Assembly (NCBI GenBank): GCA_040954595.2
Contig: CM082596.2
Span: forward strand, 11,090,454-11,154,453
From: Balanoglossus misakiensis
Taxonomy: Eukaryota > Animalia > Hemichordata
Direction of reading: 5' to 3'
Length of the DNA: 64,000 nt
The notes under the pieces are model-generated. The model ran no database searches. It worked only from the letters and a program-made list of their open reading frames with translations, and was not told the DNA's origin. Positions within the stretch are counted from its first letter, which is position 1; each line of letters opens with the position of its first letter. This document shows positions 42,301 to 52,361 of the stretch, in pieces. Made by a program: the position numbers and the translations under genes.

Positions 42301-45300
42301 ATGGAAAGAGTTATGCTGGAATGTTATAAGGGATAGATTAATATTGCAAATAATTTAATTTCTTACATCATAAAATAAATTCAAAGAATGGTCACATAAC
42401 AGGATATGTTTTACTAAAAAGACTTATGTTATAGTTTCAAGGCTTTGTTTTGGAATAACGAATTCTCTACAAGATTTAAGTGGAACAGTCACAGAATGAA
42501 AACAAATATGGAAAGAGTTATGCCGGAATGTTGTAAGGAATAGATTAATATTGCAAATAATTTAATTTCTTACATCATAAATGGAATTCAAAGAAACGTC
42601 ACGTAACAGGATATGTATCGTTTCAAGGCTTTGTTTTGGAATAACGAATTCTCTAAAAGATTTAAGTGGAACAGTCACAGAATGAAAACAAATATGGAAA
42701 GAGTTATGCCGGAATGTTGTAAGGAATAGATTAATATTGCAAATAATTTAATTTCTTACATCATAAATTGAATTCAAAGAAACGTCACGTAACAGGATAT
42801 GTATCGTTTCAAGGCTTTGTTTTGGAATAACGAATTCTCTACAAGATTTAAGTGGAACAGTCACAGAATGAAAACAAATATGGAAAGAGAATGTTGTAAG
42901 GAATAGATTAATATTGCAAATAATTTAATTTCTTACATCATAAATGGAATTCAAAGAAACGTCACGTAACAGGATATGTATCGTTTCAAGGCTTTGTTTT
43001 GGAATAACGAATTCTCTACAAGATTTAAGTGGAACAGTCACAGAATGAAAACAAATATGGAAAGAGTTATGTCGGTATGTTGTAAGGGATAGATTAATAT
43101 TGCAAATAATTTAATTTCTTACATCATAAATGGAATTCAAAGAATGGTCACATAACGGGCCATGTTTTACTAAAAAGACTTATGTATAGTTTCAAGGCTT
43201 TGTTTTGGAATAACGAATTCTCTCCAAGATTTAAGTTGAACAGTTACAGAATGAAAACAAATATTCAAATAGTTATGCCAGAATGTTGTAAGGGATAGAT
43301 TAATATTGCAAATAATTTAATTTCTTACATCATAAATGGAATTCAAAGAATGGTCACATAACGGGCCATGTTTTACAAAAAGACTTTTGTATAGTTTCAA
43401 GGCTTTGTTTTGGAATAACGAATTCTCTACAGGATTTAAGTGGAACAGTCACAGAATGAAAACGAATATGGAAAGAGTTATGCTGGAATGTTGTAAGGGA
43501 TAGATTAATATTGCAAATAATTTAATTTCTTACATCATAAAATGAATTCAAAGAATGGTCACATAACAGGATATGTTTTACTAAAAAGATTTATGTATAG
43601 TTACAAGGCTTTGTTTTGGAATAACGAATTCTCTACAAGATTTAAGTGGAACAGTTACAGAATGAAAACAAATATGGAAAGAGTTATGCTGGAATGTTAT
43701 AAGGGATAGATTAATATTGCAAATAATTTAATTTCTTACATCATAAAATAAATTCAAAGAATGGTCACATAACAGGATATGTTTTACTAAAAAGACTTAT
43801 GTTATAGTTTCAAGGCTTTGTTTTGGAATATCGAATTCTCTACAAGATTTAAGTGGAACAGTCACAGAATGAAAACAAATATGGAAAGAGTTATGCCGGA
43901 ATGTTGTAAGGAATAGATTAATATTGCAAATAATTTAATTTCTTACATCATAAATGGAATTCAAAGAAACGTCACGTAACAGGATATGTATCGTTTCAAG
44001 GCTTTGTTTAGGAATAACGAATTCTCTACAAGATTTAAGTGGAACAGTCACAGAATGAACACAAATATGGAAAGAGTTATGTCGGTATGTTGTAAGGGAT
44101 AGATTAATATTGCAAATAATTTAATTTCTTACATCATAAATGGAATTCAAAGAATGGTCACATAACGGGCCATGTTTTACAAAAAGACTTTTGTATAGTT
44201 TCAAGGCTTTGTTTTGGAATAACGAATTCTCTACAGGATTTAAGTGGAACAGTCACAGAATGAAAACAAATATGGAAAGAGTTATGCTGGAATGTTGTAA
44301 GGGATAGATTAATATTGCAAATAATTTAATTTCTTACATCATAAAATGAATTCAAAGAATGGTCACATAACAGGATATGTTTTACTAAAAAGACTTATGT
44401 ATAGTTACAAGGCTTTGTTTTGGAATAACGAATTCTCTACAAGATTTAAGTGGAACAGTCACAGAATGAAAACAAATATGGAAAGAGTTATGCTGGAATG
44501 TTATAAGGGATAGATTAATATTGCAAATAATTTAATTTCTTACATCATAAAATGAATTCAAAGAATGGTCACATAACAGGATATGTTTTACTAAAAAGAT
44601 TTATGTATAGTTACAAGGCTTTGTTTTGGAATAACGAATTCTCTACAAGATTTAAGTGGAACAGTCACAGAATGAAAACAAATATGGAAAGAGTTATGCT
44701 GGAATGTTATAAGGGATAGATTAATATTGCAAATAATTTAATTTCTTACATCATAAAATAAATTCAAAGAATGGTCACATAACAGGATATGTTTTACTAA
44801 AAAGACTTATGTTATAGTTTCAAGGCTTTGTTTTGGAATAACGAATTCTCTACAAGATTTAAGTGGAACAGTCACAGAATGAAAACAAATATGGAAAGAG
44901 TTATGCCGGAATGTTGTAAGGAATAGATTAATATTGCAAATAATTTAATTTCTTACATCATAAATGGAATTCAAAGAAACGTCACGTAACAGGATATGTA
45001 TCGTTTCAAGGCTTTGTTTTGGAATAACGAATTCTCTACAAGATTTAAGTGGAACAGTCACAGAATGAAAACAAATATGGAAAGAGTTATGTCGGTATGT
45101 TGTAAGGGATAGATTAATATTGCAAATAATTTAATTTCTTACATCATAAATGGAATTCAAAGAATGGTCACATAACGGGCCATGTTTTACTAAAAAGACT
45201 TATGTATAGTTTCAAGGCTTTGTTTTGGAATAACGAATTCTCTCCAAGATTTAAGTTGAACAGTTACAGAATGAAAACAAATATTCAAATAGTTATGCCA

Positions 45301-47767
45301 GAATGTTGTAAGGGATAGATTAATATTGCAAATAATTTAATTTCTTACATCATAAATGGAATTCAAAGAATGGTCACATAACGGGCCATGTTTTACAAAA
45401 AGACTTTTGTATAGTTTCAAGGCTTTGTTTTGGAATAACGAATTCTCTACAGGATTTAAGTGGAACAGTCACAGAATGAAAACAAATATGGAAAGAGTTA
45501 TGCTGGAATGTTGTAAGGGATAGATTAATATTGCAAATAATTTAATTTCTTACATCATAAAATGAATTCAAAGAATGGTCACATAACAGGATATGTTTTA
45601 CTCAAAAGACTTATGTATAGTTACAAGGCTTTGTTTTGGAATAACGAATTCTCTACAAGATTTAAGTGGAACAGTCACAGAATGAAAACAAATATGGAAA
45701 GAGTTATGCTGGAATGTTATAAGGGATAGATTAATATTGCAAATAATTTAATTTCTTACATCATAAAATGAATTCAAAGAATGGTCACATAACAGGATAT
45801 GTTTTATTAAAAAGACTTATGTTATAGTTTCAAGGCTTTGTTTTGGAATAACGAATTCTCTACAAGATTTAAGTGGAACAGTCACAGAATGAAAACAAAT
45901 ATGGAAAGAGTTATGCCGGAATGTTGTAAGGAATAGATTAATATTGCAAATAATTTAATTTCTTACATCATAAATGGAATTCAAAGAAACGTCACGTAAC
46001 AGGATATGTATCGTTTCAAGGCTTTGTTTTGGAATAACGAATTCTCTACAAGATTTAAGTGGAACAGTCACAGAATGAAAACAAATATGGAAAGAGTTAT
46101 GTCGGTATGTTGTAAGGGATAGATTAATATTGCAAATAATTTAATTTCTTACATCATAAATGGAATTCAAAGAATGGTCACATAACGGGCCATGTTTTAC
46201 TAAAAAGACTTATGTATAGTTTCAAGGCTTTGTTTTGGAATAACGAATTCTCTCCAAGATTTAAGTTGAACAGTTACAGAATGAAAACAAATATTCAAAT
46301 AGTTATGCCAGAATGTTGTAAGGGATAGATTAATATTGCAAATAATTTAATTTCTTACATCATAAATGGAATTCAAAGAATGGTCACATAACGGGCCATG
46401 TTTTACAAAAAGACTTTTGTATAGTTTCAAGGCTTTGTTTTGGAATAACGAATTCTCTACAGGATTTAAGTGGAACAGTCACAGAATGAAAACGAATATG
46501 GAAAGAGTTATGCTGGAATGTTGTAAGGGATAGATTAATATTGCAAATAATTTAATTTCTTACATCATAAAATGAATTCAAAGAATGGTCACATAACAGG
46601 ATATGTTTTACTAAAAAGATTTATGTATAGTTACAAGGCTTTGTTTTGGAATAACGAATTCTCTACAAGATTTAAGTGGAACAGTCACAGAATGAAAACA
46701 AATATGGAAAGAGTTATGCTGGAATGTTATAAGGGATAGATTAATATTGCAAATAATTTAATTTCTTACATCATAAAATAAATTCAAAGAATGGTCACAT
46801 AACAGGATATGTTTTACTAAAAAGACTTATGTTATAGTTTCAAGGCTTTGTTTTGGAATAACGAATTCTCTACAAGATTTAAGTGGAACAGTCACAGAAT
46901 GAAAACAAATATGGAAAGAGTTATGCCGGAATGTTGTAAGGAATAGATTAATATTGCAAATAATTTAATTTCTTACATCATAAATGGAATTCAAAGAAAC
47001 GTCACGTAACAGGATATGTATCGTTTCAAGGCTTTGTTTAGGAATAACGAATTCTCTACAAGATTTAAGTGGAACAGTCACAGAATGAACACAAATATGG
47101 AAAGAGTTATGTCGGTATGTTGTAAGGGATAGATTAATATTGCAAATAATTTAATTTCTTACATCATAAATGGAATTCAAAGAATGGTCACATAACGGGC
47201 CATGTTTTACAAAAAGACTTTTGTATAGTTTCAAGGCTTTGTTTTGGAATAACGAATTCTCTACAGGATTTAAGTGGAACAGTCACAGAATGAAAACAAA
47301 TATGGAAAGAGTTATGCTGGAATGTTGTAAGGGATAGATTAATATTGCAAATAATTTAATTTCTTACATCATAAAATGAATTCAAAGAATGGTCACATAA
47401 CAGGATATGTTTTACTAAAAAGATTTATGTATAGTTACAAGGCTTTGTTTTGGAATAACGAATTCTCTACAAGATTTAAGTGGAACAGTCACAGAATGAA
47501 AACAAATATGGAAAGAGTTATGCTGGAATGTTATAAGGGATAGATTAATATTGCAAATAATTTAATTTCTTACATCATAAAATAAATTCAAAGAATGGTC
47601 ACATAACAGGATATGTTTTACTAAAAAGACTTATGTTATAGTTTCAAGGCTTTGTTTTGGAATAACGAATTCTCTACAAGATTTAAGTGGAACAGTCACA
47701 GAATGAAAACAAATATGGAAAGAGTTATGCCGGAATGTTGTAAGGAATAGATTAATATTGCAAATAA
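12315..47767. repeat. AT-rich satellite array, left part (186-bp and 205-209-bp monomers, higher-order repeats)
   Basis: Head-to-tail monomers with measured periods of 186 (41411 to 41597), 206 (43127 to 43333) and a 177-bp deletion variant (36840, 37017, 37194). The long form has an extra 20 bp (ttttactaaaaagacttatg). There are usually two GAATTC sites per monomer. Confidence 0.99.
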
Positions 47768-48442
47768 ATAACGGAAGGGCAGCGCCACGTAATCTTGGGC
47801 GACGAAGCGTTCACGTTGAAAACTCCCCAAGATTCCAGGTTGTCCCGAGCCCTGTCCATCCAGGAATTTATACGGGCATTCGCCGTTTACAAAAATGTCA
47901 TGTGCTCCGTCTACAATAATCGGCGTGTAGAACTCGATGCCTACGAAAGGGACATCGTGGATATGTCCACGCGTTTCAGCGGCCTAGTATACTATGAGTA
48001 CCATCGGGCATTTTCGGCTAGGGCCGCAGCTCTCCTTCTGAACCACAACATCAAAGTGGACTGGTCCCGTCGCGATACAACGTTGTATTGTTCAATCTTC
48101 GCCGGGATGCGTGCCAACACGTGTAATGTGTGTCAATCGGTGGCCCACACAACGGAGGTATGCCCACAGTTAGCCTTTCCAGCCAAGAAAGCCCATCCAG
48201 GCATCGCAGCCGGTTCCGGTATAACTTCGCAGTCTACGTCCACGATTGACAGAAATGGCCGCAAACGGCTGTTTTTCCAAGGCAAAGAAATTTGCAATAA
48301 TTTCAATTCAGCTAATAACTGCAAGAGGATCAATTGTCCCTACGCGCACGTTTGTACAGCTTGCTTCTCCAGCGACCACAATTCAGTAACAGGAAAGTGT
48401 ATCGCGACCATGGTTACCTCCCAACGCCCGTCAAGGAACTGA
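47768..48442 (+). CDS. gag: Gag-like ORF1, C-terminal part (5' truncated), with zinc-finger motifs
   Basis: The frame is open from the element edge (ITEGQRHVILGDE...). It contains CNVCQSVAHTTEVC (CX2CX4HX4C) and the Cys/His cluster CNNFN...C...CPYAHVCTAC...H, and ends in TGA at 48440-48442. Confidence 0.85.
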   Translation: MTEGQRHVILGDEAFTLKTPQDSRLSRALSIQEFIRAFAVYKNVMCSVYNNRRVELDAYERDIVDMSTRFSGLVYYEYHRAFSARAAALLLNHNIKVDWSRRDTTLYCSIFAGMRANTCNVCQSVAHTTEVCPQLAFPAKKAHPGIAAGSGITSQSTSTIDRNGRKRLFFQGKEICNNFNSANNCKRINCPYAHVCTACFSSDHNSVTGKCIATMVTSQRPSRN

Positions 48443-50050
48443 CTACACTCGGCTGTTTCCACACCGGTTCACATCGATAATTTGGAGTTCGAACTTAGAA
48501 ACCATCCTGAACGTGCATTTGTTGAATATCTGCTTAGCGGCCTACGCCACGGCTTCGACACCGGGGTGAGGGATCCTCCGTCCTCTACGTTTGTTTGTCC
48601 GAATCTACTATCAGCCCGCAACGAACCCGATGCAGTTACGGACTTGATCAACACTGAGGTGAAGAAGGGGTTTTTGATCGGCCCCTTCGACGAACCACCG
48701 TTCCCATCGTATCGCTGCAGTCCTATCGGCATTGTCGAAAAGAAATACTCTTCGAAAAAACGCTTAATCGTGGACTTGTCTTCGCCTCGTGACTTAGCTG
48801 ATACCCCCAGCATTAACGACCTCATTGATAAAGACGAGTTCTCGTTAACCTACGTGAAAGTTGACGATGCCATAGCCGCAATTCAAAGGGTTGGGGCTGG
48901 AGCCTGGCTGTGTAAAACAGATATTGTCGATGCCTTCAAGCTCATACCTATTCACGAGTCTCTTTGGCACCTCTACGGGATTAAATGGGATGGCAGTTAC
49001 TATTTCTTCGTCCGCCTGCCCTTTGGGTCACGCTCGAGTCCAAAGATCTTCGATTGTCTGTCGTCTGCCGTCTGCTGGATCGCGCACCACAATTATGGCA
49101 TCGACACAATTTTCCATTTGCTGGATGATTTCCTGACAGTCGATGCTCCATCTTTCGACGCGGACCGCACGATGGCCATCCTCACCCTGATCTTTCAGCG
49201 CTTAAGAATCCCTATTGCTCCGCACAAAACCGTCGGCCCAGCCACCTCACTCGAATACCTGGGAATAGTGTTAGACACCATCAAGATGCAAGCAAGATTG
49301 CCTCTTGACAAACTCAACCGCATGCGCGACTTACTAGACTCTTTCCTCAAGCGGAAATCGTGCACGAAACGGCAGCTACTAAGTCTATTAGGTCACCTGA
49401 ACTTTGCATGCAGAGTTGTCACTCCCGGTCGTACCTTCATTTCACGGCTAATAGAACTGTCTAAGTCCGCTAAACATCTGAACCACTTCATCACCATTTC
49501 GGCAGAAAGCAAACGCGATTTACGAATGTGGCACTACCTCCTCTCTGAGTGGAACGGGATTTCCTTATTCCTGGAAACGACTATCACCCCAGCAGACAGC
49601 ATGCAGCTCTTCACCGACGCGAGCGGTATTGGCCACGGCGGTTACTTCCACGGGAAATGGTTTCAGGAACGTTGGCAACACGGCTTGGACCCCCATGACG
49701 ACCCAACGTTGTCAATTGCCTTTCGCGAACTATATCCCATAGTCGTGGCCTGTCTATTGTGGGGTTATAACTGGCGCCGTAAGCGCATCGTGTTCCATTG
49801 CGACAACATGGCCACGGTCCACATTATCAACAAAGGCCGTTCAAAGTCGGTCGCCATAATGAAACTCATGCGGAGACTCGTTATCACAGCAGCAACCAAT
49901 AACTTCATGTTCCAGGCAGAGCATATCCCTGGTAAGCTGAATGTAATTGCTGACTCTTTATCTCGCTTTCAGAACCAACGGTTTCGTCAGGAAGCCCCAC
50001 ACGCGTCTGCCACACCCTGCCAAATACCCTCCAACATAATGTTCGACTGA
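48443..50050 (+). CDS. pol: Reverse transcriptase / RNase H (ORF2), in frame with gag
   Basis: RT motifs RLIVDLS, KTDIVDAFK, LPFGSRSSP, HLLDDFL and EYLGI. RNase H motifs FTDAS, ELYPI, CDN and HIPGKLNVIADSLSR. The frame is open from 48443. Confidence 0.95.
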   Translation, partial: LHSAVSTPVHIDNLEFELRNHPERAFVEYLLSGLRHGFDTGVRDPPSSTFVCPNLLSARNEPDAVTDLINTEVKKGFLIGPFDEPPFPSYRCSPIGIVEKKYSSKKRLIVDLSSPRDLADTPSINDLIDKDEFSLTYVKVDDAIAAIQRVGAGAWLCKTDIVDAFKLIPIHESLWHLYGIKWDGSYYFFVRLPFGSRSSPKIFDCLSSAVCWIAHHNYGIDTIFHLLDDFLTVDAPSFDADRTMAILTLIFQRLRIPIAPHKTVGPATSLEYLGIVLDTIKMQARLPLDKLNRMRDLLDSFLKRKSCTKRQLLSLLGHLNFACRVVTPGRTFISRLIELSKSAKHLNHFITISAESKRDLRMWHYLLSEWNGISLFLETTITPADSMQLFTDASGIGHGGYFHGKWFQERWQHGLDPHDDPTLSIAFRELYPIVVACLLWGYNWRRKRIVFHCDNMATVHIINKGRSKSVAIMKLMRRLVITAATNNFMFQAEHIPGKLNVIADSLSRFQNQRFRQEAPHASATPCQIPSNIMFD

Positions 50051-50058
50051 ACGAAGCT

Positions 50059-51044
50059 TTGGCAACCTTCCAGTCGGCATCACTCAGCCCAAGAACAGTT
50101 TCAACTTACAGCACAGGGGTTCGTGCGTGGCTTCGTTTCACGGCTTTGTTCAACATCAGAGGTCAGTCACCAAAATACCCACCAGCGTCAGAGGACTTTC
50201 TCATCTACTTTGTGGTTCACTGTGCTACGAACTGTCACCTTAAATACACCACTCTTCGCACCTACTTGGCTGCAATCCGGAATCATTACGTGCGTGCCGG
50301 TCTCAACAACCCTTTGGTGTCACAGCAAGGACAATTTCACCCTCGCCTTCATCTGGTCCTCAGGGGAATACTGCGACTCCAAGGTCAAGCATCACGTCCG
50401 CGACTCCCGATCACGCTAGACATTCTACAACGCTTATGTGTGCTACTACGTCAGGGGATCTTTGGTCCATACGTCGATTTACTGCTGGAATCTGCCTTCC
50501 TGCTTGCCTTCTACGGTTTCCTCCGTTGCAGTGAATTTACATGCAGCACTCGGGTTTTCAATCCAAAACTCCACCTGACCGTTAACGACATCAAGATCAC
50601 CCAGGACAAGGCTCTCCAGAATGCGTGGTCATTCACATTAAGTCATCGAAAACCGATCAGTACCGGAAAGGATTCCACCTTCGGTTATTCCCAACATATA
50701 CATCTGTGTGCCCAGTGGCGACGCTCGCAGGATTTTATGAAGTTCGCCAACAGATGCTTACAACCCCAACGGAGCCGTTTTTCCTGTTACCTGAAAGAGT
50801 GGCACTCGACCGTTCAACCTTCACATCTAGTCTCCGCTTGCTGTTGTCGCGCTTGGGCCTGCATCCTCAACACTTCGCTGGCCACTCTTTCCGCATCGGT
50901 GCAGCCACTTCAGCAGCCAGTGCCCATCTCCCAGACCACCTTATTCAGACTCTCGGCAGGTGGTCTAGTGACTGTTACCGTAGATATATTAGAACGCCCG
51001 AAGGACTTTTGCGTTCTGCCTTTAGAGCTTTGGCCTTTCAGTAG
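50059..51044 (+). pseudogene. Tyrosine recombinase (ORF3) split by one frameshift
   Basis: The N-terminal frame carries a binding domain and FYGFLRCSEF (catalytic R). The second frame (50625-51044) carries KSSKTD, GHSFRIGAAT (HxxR) and LGRWSSDCYRRY (W, Y). The shift lies between 50586 and 50625. Confidence 0.92.
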
Positions 51045-51179
51045 TCTACTTCCGTCTCCCCCTTACTAACCCCAGTGTGAGCCACGCAGGCCGGTACTCC
51101 CTCGGGTACCCTCTGCACCAATCCCTGGCTTCCATTGGAGTTCCAACTGTGAGCCACAACTCACAGCCCATTTTGCCTT

Positions 51180-51351
51180 CCACCTGGGCCGACTCGACAC
51201 CGTCCGTCCCCCAGGACCCCCACCATTGGACCGCACTACTTCCGGTGCCTCCAATGGATTCCCCCATACCTGCATCCACCTGGGCCGACCAGACCACGTC
51301 TGTCCCCCAGGACCCAACCCATTGGGCCGCACTACGCCTCCAATGGTTCCC
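51180..51351 (+). repeat. Two imperfect direct repeats (96-bp offset) in the retroelement 3' UTR
   Basis: ccacctgggccgac...gtcccccaggaccc...ccattgg-ccgcactac...gcctccaatgg at ~51180 and ~51276. Confidence 0.85.
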
Positions 51352-51412
51352 TACCAACCTACTAACATCTCATGGGGGTCACTTCGGTCATGCTTCCCAC
51401 AACCTCAGTTTG

Positions 51413-51737
51413 GGCTATGGATTACATCCTGCCCCCCATTTCGTGCCATAGGTCACCACCTAGTGCCTGGCCTACCACGGTTTCTGCAGCATGGTTTTCT
51501 CGTTCGCCCATGCCACGGGAGCGGAACCGAAGGGGCCCCTGCCCAACCAGTTTTTTAGGTAGTTAGTTTGCAACTTACTGTATTAGATAGATAGGTTTGT
51601 TTGTTATTTATTGCCTTTTGTTCTTGCGCTTGCTTTGGTAGACATTTGTCTCTTTTGTTGGGGCTTTTCGCCTTGTTTTATTTGCATTAAATCTTCCTTC
51701 TTCCTACTTCCTTTGTCTGGCGTAGTACATTTACAAA
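51413..51737 (+). repeat. Split direct repeat B1 (325 bp)
   Basis: Identical by eye to 52037-52361 (offset 624). Confidence 0.95.
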
Positions 51738-52036
51738 ATAACAATCTGTGATATCACAGATTGGGTTTGTAAATGTATGAAGCCTTCCCCTTATGGCTCC
51801 CCTGCCTTCCCTATCTCTTCTTCCTTTGTCTTTCCTTCCCCCTTCTTTTGCACTCGTCACCTGGCGTCCCCCCTCTACTCATTTGCATATCCTTTGTCTT
51901 ATCCTCTAATTGCTCTCTCAATCTCCTCAGTTAGCGTCTTTGTCCGCGTCAGTGCGACAACCCAGCTATTCTCTCTCTGCATCCCGCCACCATCCCCTTT
52001 CACCACCTTTGTCCCTTTGGTCCGGCTCTCTGGTGT
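51738..52036 (+). repeat. Putative split direct repeat A2 (299 bp); the 5' A1 copy is reduced to ATAAC
   Basis: It lies between B1 and B2 and starts with ATAAC, as does the element's left edge at 47768. It begins with a 22-bp palindrome followed by a pyrimidine-rich tract. Confidence 0.75.
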
Positions 52037-52361
52037 GGCTATGGATTACATCCTGCCCCCCATTTCGTGCCATAGGTCACCACCTAGTGCCTGGCCTACC
52101 ACGGTTTCTGCAGCATGGTTTTCTCGTTCGCCCATGCCACGGGAGCGGAACCGAAGGGGCCCCTGCCCAACCAGTTTTTTAGGTAGTTAGTTTGCAACTT
52201 ACTGTATTAGATAGATAGGTTTGTTTGTTATTTATTGCCTTTTGTTCTTGCGCTTGCTTTGGTAGACATTTGTCTCTTTTGTTGGGGCTTTTCGCCTTGT
52301 TTTATTTGCATTAAATCTTCCTTCTTCCTACTTCCTTTGTCTGGCGTAGTACATTTACAAA
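52037..52361 (+). repeat. Split direct repeat B2 (325 bp), right terminus of the element
   Basis: Copy of 51413-51737 that abuts the resumed satellite. Confidence 0.95.

Larger units (their letters stand above)
47768..52361 (+). mobile_element. Ngaro-type (DIRS order) tyrosine-recombinase retrotransposon, 5'-deleted
   Basis: A GC-richer insert with gag, RT/RNase H and YR in that order, and 3' B1-A2-B2 split direct repeats. Flanks gcaaataa and tttaatttc rejoin to the satellite consensus with no TSD. Confidence 0.95.

Noticed and set aside
49111-49135. LLDD instead of YxDD as a sign of an inactive RT
   Set aside because: Both catalytic aspartates are intact, and to my knowledge HLLDDF occurs in this group of YR retroelements, so it is not evidence of decay.
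48133-50419. Antisense and alternative-frame ORFs within gag, pol and YR
   Set aside because: These are shadow ORFs of GC-richer coding sequence with no independent motifs.
51046-52190. Overlapping ORFs of 64-137 aa downstream of YR
   Set aside because: They arise from the GC-rich UTR and terminal repeats. I saw no hydrolase or methyltransferase motif.
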